Positions 26,032 to 34,077 of a DNA stretch of 64,000 nt are shown piece by piece; the stretch's first letter is position 1, and each line of letters begins with the position of its first letter. This DNA is from Chthoniobacterales bacterium. Its GTDB lineage: Bacteria > Verrucomicrobiota > Verrucomicrobiia > Chthoniobacterales > JAFAMB01. Under the pieces are notes generated by a model. The model saw only the letters and a program-made list of their open reading frames with translations, was not told the origin of the DNA and ran no database searches. A program made the translations under genes and the position numbers. The stretch is from positions 419 to 64,418 of the forward strand of contig DASWVC010000293.1 of NCBI GenBank assembly GCA_036401335.1. The letters are read 5' to 3'.

Positions 26032-26963
26032 GCTCCGGCGCCGGCTTTTTCCCGGAACCGGCCTGCGAGACAATCGCGTCGAAAGCGCTCGAGCCGCTCC
26101 AGCAAACGTTCTTCGAGGAGATCAAGGCGATGGCGATCGCTCATCGACGGCTGTGCCGTCGCGATCACCCGGCGGAGTGCGCGCCTGGCGTTCACCCGGG
26201 TTACCCGAGTGTGCTGGCGCAAGAAGAAATCGTTGTCGGGCGGCAACTCAAAAAGACGCGGCAACCGGTGCGGACGGTAACTAAGTCCGACGGAATCGCA
26301 CCAATCCAGCCACTTGAACTCGAGAATCCGGTCATCGATGCGTACCGGAACCCACGGATGGCGAAGCGCGTCGGAGACGATCGCCCCGTGCATTGCTTCC
26401 GTAAGAAGCACCTCGCAATCGAGGATTTTGGCAATGACAGTTTCCGGGCTGCCCTGTGGGTCTATGTAACCGATGCCGATGTCTGTGCAAACGCAGCGCC
26501 AGGCGTCGAGGTTATGGTGAAAATGCGGCATAAACGCATATTTGTAGGCTGGGTGCCGCTGAGGTTTAGGGACAAACCGGCGCGCCAGCATCCCGGGATC
26601 GGTGATGGCCAGGTCCACGCTCAGCCCAAGCGCTTCCGCTGACCTCGGGCCACGAAGGCAGTAGACGTGCCACGAAGCATCCAGCACGGGCGCTTCGCCA
26701 TAACCCACGCCGGATCCGAAAACTACTTTTTGCGGGTACCTTTCGATTCCGTGTTTTTGGTTAAGGATCGTTCCTATTCCCAGAAAGACCGTGTCCGCGT
26801 CATCATCGAAGCATTCAGGCACAAGGTGGTCCCAAAGCCAGACATTAAGCTCGTCCCCAAAATTCCTGATTGCACTCCAATAAAATAACCTCATAGGTCC
26901 GGGTGGCACAAGAAAACCGACATCCGCCGGTTGGGCAAGCGCGTAACTTCCGGACAAAAGCAT
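26028..26963 (-). CDS. ExoV-like polysaccharide pyruvyl transferase
   Basis: N-terminal LFYWSAIRNFGDELNVWLWDHLVP and overall size (311 aa) are typical of the ExoV/PS_pyruv_trans family. 4-nt overlap with the convergent wzt end. Confidence 0.8.
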   Translation of the reverse strand: MLLSGSYALAQPADVGFLVPPGPMRLFYWSAIRNFGDELNVWLWDHLVPECFDDDADTVFLGIGTILNQKHGIERYPQKVVFGSGVGYGEAPVLDASWHVYCLRGPRSAEALGLSVDLAITDPGMLARRFVPKPQRHPAYKYAFMPHFHHNLDAWRCVCTDIGIGYIDPQGSPETVIAKILDCEVLLTEAMHGAIVSDALRHPWVPVRIDDRILEFKWLDWCDSVGLSYRPHRLPRLFELPPDNDFFLRQHTRVTRVNARRALRRVIATAQPSMSDRHRLDLLEERLLERLERFRRDCLAGRFREKAGAGA

Positions 26964-27026
26964 GAAGTCCCGCTACGTTAAGGAACCGCTGCCGCGTGAA
27001 CCTTTGCGCACGCCCCGCGTCTGGTC

Positions 27027-27983
27027 GTGAACACTGCTCCGCGCGTCTCGCTCCTCGTGCCGTGTTACAACGCGGGCAAGCACCTGCGGGGCCTGGCTGA
27101 ACAAATTGCGGCGCAGGAACTGCCGTTTGCGGAGGTAATCTGCTACGACGACAACAGCCAGGATGATACCCTTGAGGTGGCCCGTGACCTGGGCTTTTCC
27201 GTTATTGCGGGTGACACAAACCGTGGGGCCGGCTTCGCCCGGAACCGGTTGTGGGAGTCCGCTGCCATGCCGTGGATTCACTTTCATGATGCCGATGACA
27301 CGCTAAGTCCGCGGTACCTCGAGAAGCTAGCGGTCTACCTGGGTGAAGAACCAGCGGCCGTCATGTGCGCCTTCCGCAAGCGTTGGAGCGGTGGCGAGGA
27401 AGCAGACCTGGTTTACCGTTACCCTGACGCCGGAACCGAGACGGACTGGATCACGTTTTTTATCCGGCATTTCGTGCACCTGAATGCCTTCATTTTCCCG
27501 ACGGAAGCGCTCCAGACGACCGGCGGGTTCGCGGAAGACCTCCGCATCGCGGAGGACCGTGAGTTCCTGGTTCGCGCCGCGGCAAAAGGGCTGCGGTTTA
27601 CGTATGTGGACGAATTGCTCGTCGATTGGGTGGTGCACAAAGATTCTACCTTGGGCCGTGCCGCGGAGGCGATTCGGTGGCGGTACGACGGAATTTTTCT
27701 GCGACGTTGCTATGACCTGCTTGATCTACCCCACCGGAAAGCCTTGGGCGAGTATGCCCTGTACCGCGGATGGTGGCTTTTCTGGACCGGCGTGTACCCG
27801 GGAGCGCGAGAAAACATCGAGGTGGCTCAACTGTGCGGGGTGTACCATGCAGACGACGCCAAACTGCTGGAACAACTCTTGAGCCACACGATCGGCACCC
27901 TGCGCTGTTTCGCCCTTAAAAAAGGCTGGGCCCGTCTGAAGGCATGGCTATCCGCTAAACACAGAATGCCCGGCTCTGAATAA
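27027..27983 (+). CDS. family 2 glycosyltransferase
   Basis: VSLLVPCYNAGKHL...VICYDDNSQDDT...HFHDADD. Paralog of 55874..56878. GTG start. Confidence 0.9.
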   Translation: MNTAPRVSLLVPCYNAGKHLRGLAEQIAAQELPFAEVICYDDNSQDDTLEVARDLGFSVIAGDTNRGAGFARNRLWESAAMPWIHFHDADDTLSPRYLEKLAVYLGEEPAAVMCAFRKRWSGGEEADLVYRYPDAGTETDWITFFIRHFVHLNAFIFPTEALQTTGGFAEDLRIAEDREFLVRAAAKGLRFTYVDELLVDWVVHKDSTLGRAAEAIRWRYDGIFLRRCYDLLDLPHRKALGEYALYRGWWLFWTGVYPGARENIEVAQLCGVYHADDAKLLEQLLSHTIGTLRCFALKKGWARLKAWLSAKHRMPGSE

Positions 27984-28192
27984 CAGAGGTTAATGTTGTG
28001 GGCGCTCCCGGCTCGCAGGCTGGTGCCGGCTCGGCAGTGGTATGCCGTCTGGCATTCAGTTCATCGTCGGCCGCAGCCAAACGGCACGTTATTCTCATTA
28101 TTGAGGTACAAAGGGCATGGCAAACAGGACGAAGACTCATCTCTGAGAAGACGCCGCTTGCCATGTTAGGTGGAGGGGATCATGGTCCGGCC

Positions 28193-30052
28193 ATGCCATT
28201 TCCAGGTAATTTACGCTTGACACTCGCTTGCATGGTCAGCGTGATCGCTTCCATGCTGTCCGCCTCGGCAGCCGTCGAGTTCACGTTGGACGGCGCTGGG
28301 TTAGCGACTCTCCAGCATAATAACCAAAATTTTCTGCGTTATTTTCTTGGCCAAACCAAGGGCGATCTATTTGTCTCAGTGTGGAAGGACGGGGCAGCCA
28401 ACTCCCAGTACGAGAATCATTCCCAGACTTCCCTGATCGCGCCGGATACGGTGCAGCAGAGTTACCCCTGGGGCCAGGTGACGTGCACCTACACGGTCGA
28501 TGGCGACGTCCTTCGATTTTCGATTCAGGTCGCGAACCAGAGCCAGAACACGTTGAGCGAGGTCCAGTTGGCACTTGCTGACATTCAGTTTCCCGGCCAG
28601 GCAACGCCAGCGAACTGGGATAACACGAATCCGCCCGGGACGGACAACTACAAGTCTCCGGCCATCCTGGTGGGCGACTACGGCTCGGGCACGTTGGCTC
28701 TGGTGAACGACGACGTGAACACCCGGGCCTGGACGCAATGGTCTTCCCGGTACTACGGTGCATACCCGCTTCGCGTAAGCTACTGGCAGCCGCTGCCGCC
28801 CGGCCAGACCAAGGCGTTCACCATCAGCTTGCGCTGGGGAGAATCGGGCGCCAGTCGCGAGCAGCTTGCCGGCGACGTCTTCGACGCGTTTCAGGAACGC
28901 TATCCGCAACAGCTGGATTGGAAGGACCGGCGGCCGATCGGTTCCGTTTTTCTCGCGTCAGCCAACCGGGAGTGGGCTGACAATCCCCGCGGCTGGTTTA
29001 ACGACGCGAACCTGAACATCTCCAGCCCGGACGGCCAAAATTACTTTCAAACGCACCTGTCTTGGCTGGCCGACCAGATTGTCGGGGAGATGCAGGACAT
29101 GAATGCCCAAGGTTGCGTGGTCTGGGACATTGAAGGTGAGCAATACCCGCAAGGACTCGCCACGTTCATTGGCAATCCCCTGTTGCTGCCGCAGATGGCG
29201 CCGGAAATGGATCCCCTGGCCGACGCTTTTTTTGCCCGGATCAAGCAGGCCGGGTTCCGCGTCGGGGTCACCATCCGCTGCCAGCACCTCGTGCCGTTTT
29301 CCCAAGGCGGTTATGTTCAGGAAGAGTACCCGAACAACGACGCGATCTTCGACGCCATGGACCAGCGCATCATGTACGCGCAGCAACGCTGGGGCTGCAC
29401 GCTTTTTTACTTCGACTCAAATGGCGGCGTGCACGGCTTGTACGACGTCGACATTTTTCGGCGTCTCCGTGCAAAACACCCGGACTGTCTCCTGATTCCC
29501 GAAGCGCAGGACGACTCGTACTACTCCCAGACCGCGCCCTACGAAGAGCTCCGTAAACTGGGTGCGAACCCCGGCACGGACATCACCCCGCCCGGCGTGC
29601 GTGGACTTTACCCGGGAGCGATCACCGTGATCAACACACCTGAGGGCGACACCGTCGGCCGGCGCGGGGACTTGGTGGCAGCCGTTCAGCGCGGCGACAT
29701 TCTGATGTACCGCACCTGGTTCCGCGCCCCTGAATTTTACGATGTGAAGTCCATTTACCAGGAAGGCACCGCAAACGGAGGTGTCGTTGCTTACAACGAC
29801 ATGTTCCAGGTGAGCGCTGGGAATACCCAGACCCTTGATGTTTTGGCCAACGACTTCGACCTGAACCCTTCGGACCCACCGCTCAACGTGGTCTCCTGGA
29901 CCCAGCCGGACATCGGCTCGGTAAGCGTAAACAACAACCAGTTGCAGTTCAGTGCACCCGCAGGAATTACCGGCCAGACGAGCTTCAGCTACACCATCTC
30001 AAACGGCGCGCGATCGGCAACGGCAACGGTAAAGGTTGGCGTTTTTCCGTGA
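28193..30052 (+). CDS. uncharacterised family X protein, long form (signal peptide + N-domain + conserved domain + C-terminal cadherin/VCBS-like domain)
   Basis: Signal LTLACMVSVIASMLSASAA. Family X blocks: DRRPIGS, NPRGW, VVWDIEGEQYP, APEMDPLAD, GFRVGVTIRC, RWGCTLFYFDSN, HPDCLLIPEA, GDILMYRTW. C-terminal 89 aa: AYNDMFQV...LDVLANDFD...FSYTISNG. The ATG at 28193 is preferred over the track start 27998. Confidence 0.85.
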   Translation: MPFPGNLRLTLACMVSVIASMLSASAAVEFTLDGAGLATLQHNNQNFLRYFLGQTKGDLFVSVWKDGAANSQYENHSQTSLIAPDTVQQSYPWGQVTCTYTVDGDVLRFSIQVANQSQNTLSEVQLALADIQFPGQATPANWDNTNPPGTDNYKSPAILVGDYGSGTLALVNDDVNTRAWTQWSSRYYGAYPLRVSYWQPLPPGQTKAFTISLRWGESGASREQLAGDVFDAFQERYPQQLDWKDRRPIGSVFLASANREWADNPRGWFNDANLNISSPDGQNYFQTHLSWLADQIVGEMQDMNAQGCVVWDIEGEQYPQGLATFIGNPLLLPQMAPEMDPLADAFFARIKQAGFRVGVTIRCQHLVPFSQGGYVQEEYPNNDAIFDAMDQRIMYAQQRWGCTLFYFDSNGGVHGLYDVDIFRRLRAKHPDCLLIPEAQDDSYYSQTAPYEELRKLGANPGTDITPPGVRGLYPGAITVINTPEGDTVGRRGDLVAAVQRGDILMYRTWFRAPEFYDVKSIYQEGTANGGVVAYNDMFQVSAGNTQTLDVLANDFDLNPSDPPLNVVSWTQPDIGSVSVNNNQLQFSAPAGITGQTSFSYTISNGARSATATVKVGVFP

Positions 30053-30110
30053 GATCGCAAATCCCCCAGGGCCGCTCAAGGCCGTTTGGTAAAGGTTTTT
30101 TCCAAACTGA

Positions 30111-30300
30111 CTCGCGGCGGCCCGGCACCGGGGCGGCTTCATGAGCCTGAACTCCTGCGTGCAGCAGACGTTCTCGGGCCTCGGGACGAGCCTGGGCGGT
30201 TACCTGATCATTGACCAGGCGCACCAATCGCTGCGGAACTACGGGCTGATCGGCTGGATTGCCGCCGGAATTGCCATCGGCTGCATCGGGTTAGCTTCTC
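30111..30300 (+). pseudogene. C-terminal fragment of an MFS transporter
   Basis: RGGFMSLNSCVQQTFSGLGTSLGGYLI...NYGLIGWIAAGIAIGCIGLAS resembles the last two TM helices of DHA-type MFS proteins. There is no upstream body (in-frame stop at 30108-30110). Confidence 0.3.
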
Positions 30301-30605
30301 CCATGTGCCGACCCGAGACCGGGCCAAACCGAAGGCAACCGCGGGGGGGCGATTTCTCAAGCCGTGCCGTTTCCATTGCAATCCGTTCAACAAGTGACCC
30401 CTTACCTCAGCGGGAGGGGGTATTTGCGCTTCAACCCGGGGGCGTGCCGGCAAGGCTTCGTTTCCCTCTAAACTGCCTTGATTCGCTCCGCCTGGGGCGT
30501 GCACCTCACAGGCGAGGGCTTTTGCATTCAGAGGGATAACCCCAGGAGAATGCCCTCGCGCGGTCCTCTGATTGGAAGGCAAAGGACAACCAGGAACCTG
30601 AGCCT

Positions 30606-31270
30606 TCAGGTCCGCAGGACGATCTTGCCCCGGGTGTGGCCCTGCTCCAGCTGCTCGAACGCCGCGCGGACGTCCTCCAACGGGTACGTAGCGGCAATCG
30701 GCACGTGAAGGTCACCGGCGGCGATCAGCCCGGCGAGTTCGGCGAGAACCGCAGCGCTCTTCGCGGCGCCACGCCCAACTCGATGGCGAGCTGGACGACC
30801 ACGGAGCCAACGCCGCCTGCGGCGCCCGCCACCGCCACCCTGTCACCCGGCTTCAGGAACACCGCGCGCACCGCCGCATAGGCCGTGCTCCCGGCGATGG
30901 CCAACGACCCGCCGACCTCCCAGGACACCTTCGCCGGCTTGGCCGTCAGGTTCCGCGCTTCCACGATCACGTATTCGGCGTGGCTGGCGCGCCGGTCGGT
31001 GAAACCGATGACCCCGTCACCGGTTGTGAACCCCTCGACCCTGGGCCCGATGTCCGTCACGATCCCGGCCAGATCCGTGCCCTCGCCCGACGGGAACGTG
31101 GCCGGCCATCTCGCGTGCAACCGTCCCTCCCGGACCTTCGCCTCGCCGGGGTTGATCGACGCGGCCTTGACCTTGACCAGCACTTCCCCCTGAGCCGGCT
31201 CAGGGACCGGCACGTCGGCCACTCGCAGGACGTTGATCCCGCCGTACGTGTCGAATCGCACGGCCTTCAT
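30606..31270 (-). pseudogene. MDR-family NADPH:quinone oxidoreductase disrupted by an internal deletion plus frameshift
   Basis: The N-terminal 170 aa are intact (MKAVRF...AAGGVGSVVVQLAIELG). The reading frame then stops at 30725. In another frame the authentic C-terminus AAVLAELAGLIAAGDLHVPIAATYPLEDVRAAFEQLEQGHTRGKIVLRT* ends at 30606. About 90-100 codons of the nucleotide-binding domain are missing. Confidence 0.6.
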
Positions 31271-31644
31271 GCTTCCCTCTTTTCGTGGGGGACGGGGTTA
31301 AGGGTGATTGCACCGGTGGGTTCCGCAGTATTGCTCGTCGACATCTTTGTTCCTGTGACGGTTGCGCCAGACGGCTCGAGCCTGAATTTCCACGGACAAG
31401 CAGCCGGCTCACGCGACACTCGCTCGAATGGCGACCCGACGGCCCCTCGCGCTCGCCTTGCCGACTCCATAAGGCCGCCCGGATAGCAGGTGAGACCGGA
31501 TCGTGGGCGTTACAAATCGGGCTGGCCCAAGCCAGGTTGTCCGTCCCTCCGCGAGAGGTCGGAAGGATGTGCTCCAGATGGTACGGGACCCGGGCGACTT
31601 CCTGGGGAGCACGGCAATACTCGCAGCGGCGGCACGCCCGTCCA

Positions 31645-32295
31645 TCATGGCCTGTTTGCTAAGCGTCGCGATGAAGTCTGTCGGCCTTTTATCGACCTGA
31701 TCGACTCCGCGACGGCGTTGCGAACTGGCTCTAAATCGAAGCCTGACCCAATGGCCTGTTCGTCCAACTGCTCGGATAACTCCTCAAGGCCGAACAAAGC
31801 GCGCGGAAAACGCGGGTGGACAATCCGACCAAGTAAAAGTTGTGCTTCTTGCGCACTGACCTCTGGCGACAACCGAAAGGCTTCTTTCAGGTAAACACTC
31901 AATCGTTCATGGGGAATAGAAAGGATCACATCGAAGTACCGGGCCGAACCCTCCGGAAACCGTGCCGCCTCCGCGATGCTCAAGCGGCACATCTGGATCG
32001 TGCGCGCATAAAGCAAGATCTCCAGAAATCGCCCGCAAAACATGACCAAGGCTTCCGAACTGTCACCGGGATAATCGCCAGGCAGCTTCAACTTGCTGAC
32101 CAGGAGCCCGCGCACCATGTCGATGACTTTGAGGTACAGCTTCTCCTTGTTCTCGAAGTGAGCGTAGAGGGTGCGCTTGGAAGTTTCCGCCCGGCTGGCG
32201 ATCACATCCATTGAAGCGCGCTCGAAACCCATTTCCAGGAACACGTCTTTGGCGACGTGGAGGATGTGCTCGCTCAGTTTGTCACCGCGCATCAT
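31645..32295 (-). CDS. TetR family transcriptional regulator
   Basis: HTH region ILHVAKDVFLEMGFERASMDVIASRAETSKRTLYAHFENKEKL. Divergent from the NmrA-like gene. Visibly lower GC than its surroundings. Confidence 0.9.
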   Translation of the reverse strand: MMRGDKLSEHILHVAKDVFLEMGFERASMDVIASRAETSKRTLYAHFENKEKLYLKVIDMVRGLLVSKLKLPGDYPGDSSEALVMFCGRFLEILLYARTIQMCRLSIAEAARFPEGSARYFDVILSIPHERLSVYLKEAFRLSPEVSAQEAQLLLGRIVHPRFPRALFGLEELSEQLDEQAIGSGFDLEPVRNAVAESIRSIKGRQTSSRRLANRP

Positions 32296-32351
32296 AAGGG
32301 CAGGTTACATTTTCCTTGTTCTCATGTAAACGGTACAGTGTAGTATACAGT

Positions 32352-33236
32352 GTGACCGTTCTTACTACTCCCACCGGAAACATCGGTTCGCAGGTCCTTA
32401 AGAATCTCCTGGCCGCCAACGCCGCGGTGCGTGTCATCGCGCGTGACCCGGCCAAGCTCGCCCCGGAGGTTCACGGCAAAGCCGAGATCGTGCAAGGCTC
32501 GATTGACGACCAGCAGGTACTGACCCGGGCGTTTGCAGGCGCGGAAAGCGTCTTCCTCATCGTCCCCCCTTCGTTCACGGACAAGAACGACACGGAATAC
32601 TACCTCCGCTTCACCCGACCCGCGTGCCGCGCGGTCCGGAGCCAAGGCGTCAAACGGGTCGTGGGCGTCTCCGTTCTGGGCCGGGGAACGTCCCTGGCCA
32701 AAAACGCTGGCCCGATCACCGCCTCTTTGGCGAAGGGCGAAGAGATCGAGCGCACGGGCGTGGATTACCGCGCCCTCTGGTGTCCCGCCCTGATGGAAAA
32801 CATGCTCGGCCAGGCGCAAGCCCTCAAGCATCAAGGGATGTTCTTCATGCCAGCGAGCGGGGACTTCAAGACTCCCCAGGTGGCTGCGCGGGATGTCGCC
32901 GCGAGTGGGGCCAAACTTCTCCTCGACCTGTCATGGACGGGCCAGGGTGGACTCGCCGTGCTAGGGCCGGAGGATTTGTCCTTCAACGACATGGCCGCGA
33001 TCATGACGGAGGTGCTCGGCAAACCAATCCGGTTTGAGTCGGTCCCGGCCGACGGCTACAAAGCTCAGCTCATGCAGTACGGTGCGAACGAGGTTTTTGC
33101 CCAGGGAATCGTGGACATGATGGCGGCCAAGGACAAAGGCATGGACAACACCGAACCCCGCACGGCCGAAAATACCACTCCCACCGGCTTCCGGCAGTGG
33201 TGTGAAGAGGTTCTGAAACCTGCCGTGCTCGGTTAA
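32352..33236 (+). CDS. NmrA-like NAD(P)-binding protein
   Basis: Rossmann N-terminus VLTTPTGNIGSQVLKNLLAANAAVRVIARDP. A GTG at 32352 is preferred over the track start 32316. Confidence 0.85.
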   Translation: MTVLTTPTGNIGSQVLKNLLAANAAVRVIARDPAKLAPEVHGKAEIVQGSIDDQQVLTRAFAGAESVFLIVPPSFTDKNDTEYYLRFTRPACRAVRSQGVKRVVGVSVLGRGTSLAKNAGPITASLAKGEEIERTGVDYRALWCPALMENMLGQAQALKHQGMFFMPASGDFKTPQVAARDVAASGAKLLLDLSWTGQGGLAVLGPEDLSFNDMAAIMTEVLGKPIRFESVPADGYKAQLMQYGANEVFAQGIVDMMAAKDKGMDNTEPRTAENTTPTGFRQWCEEVLKPAVLG

Positions 33237-33269
33237 CCGGCTAACCACCTGGCATCGGATCCGAATGAT

Positions 33270-33488
33270 TCAACTAAGAAACGAAGAGGATGCCTCGAAC
33301 TCGGCGAATTCATATTTCTGCCCGTGGGCTTCCATCATCGCCCTGGTGCCTTCCTCCATGCCGGGCGTCCGGATGGGTCCGGGGCTGACTGCGTTGCCCG
33401 TGCCGCCCAGCGCCTTGGCCGGCGAGACAGCCTGCTCGATGTTGACCACCTTAGTCGCCCCGTAGTTGGCAACGACAGGCTGTGGCAT
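33270..33488 (-). pseudogene. C-terminal fragment of a short-chain dehydrogenase/reductase
   Basis: YGATK (YxxxK) and NAVSPGPIRTPGM are present. No TGxxxGxG Rossmann portion lies upstream. Confidence 0.5.
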
Positions 33489-33714
33489 CGGCCTTGGGAG
33501 AAAAGGCCCGCTCGGAAGGCAGCGCCGTCGAGCTCGCCGAGGCGTGCCGGGCGGCGGTCCACGGTCTTGTCAGTCTCAAGCTGACCTGTCCATCGTTCCC
33601 CTCCACCCCGCCTGAAACGCTGTGTCGGCTCCTGCTAGAAAGTTTGGTCGACCATCAGCAAAGATCAACCTGACCTGTACGGTGGTTCATCCCGTACAAA
33701 GAAGGTGTGATCAG

Positions 33715-33898
33715 CGAATCGACGATGCACTCTTGACGCACCTGCCGCCTTTGGGCTGGGAGCACATCCATCTGACCGGCGATTACGGCTGGCACCCCAA
33801 TAAACGGATCGCGAAAGACCCAAAACTTGATTTCACCCCGGTTTACAGCGCCACCCGACGCTTAACGTACGCTATTGTCCGTTTCGTGCGCTGACCCC
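33715..33898 (+). mobile_element. tnpA: Tn3-family transposon right end: last ~60 codons of tnpA plus terminal inverted repeat
   Basis: RIDDALLTHLPPLGWEHIHLTGDYGW matches the conserved C-terminal LSPLGWEHINLTGDY block of Tn3-family transposases. The stop codon (33892-33894) lies inside the 38-bp IR, as in Tn3/Tn21-type elements. Nothing tnpA-like lies upstream of 33715. Confidence 0.7.
33861..33898. repeat. 38-bp Tn3-family terminal inverted repeat (single copy)
   Basis: The complement reads GGGGTCAGCGCACGAAACGGACAATAGCGTACGTTAAG, with an outer GGGG, an inner ACGTTAAG and a central AAACGG..AAT core like the Tn21/Tn1721 IRs as I recall them. Confidence 0.65.
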
Positions 33899-34077
33899 TT
33901 GATGAACGCCATTGCATGGCGTCGTTTATTACCGTTGAATGCCTAGCAACGACCCCCAGACCCACCCAGTCGGGGAGGTGACGAAACAAGCTTCGCCGTT
34001 GAGCAGGCGCCATTGAACGCGGCCCGTGGTTTCCAGGCCGGCCTGCAATGCTCGGCGGAACCGCGCGTGGTAAGCCC

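Noticed and set aside
30083-30106. GTTTGG-12 nt-CCAAAC hairpin with an internal T-run after the family X long-form gene, considered as a terminator
   Set aside because: The T-run lies in the loop rather than after the stem, and the stem is only 6 bp and AT-rich. It is not convincing as an intrinsic terminator.
30141-30539. 132-aa ORF treated as an intact gene
   Set aside because: Only its first ~50 residues look protein-like (the MFS C-terminal helices). The rest is junk. It is interpreted as a gene fragment within the transposon-relic block.
32334-32353. Direct repeat TACAGTGT-agta-TACAGTGT in the TetR/NmrA divergent intergenic region as a TetR operator
   Set aside because: TetR operators are normally palindromic and this is a direct repeat (only the central GTATAC is palindromic). 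It overlaps the proposed GTG start. The evidence is insufficient to call a site.
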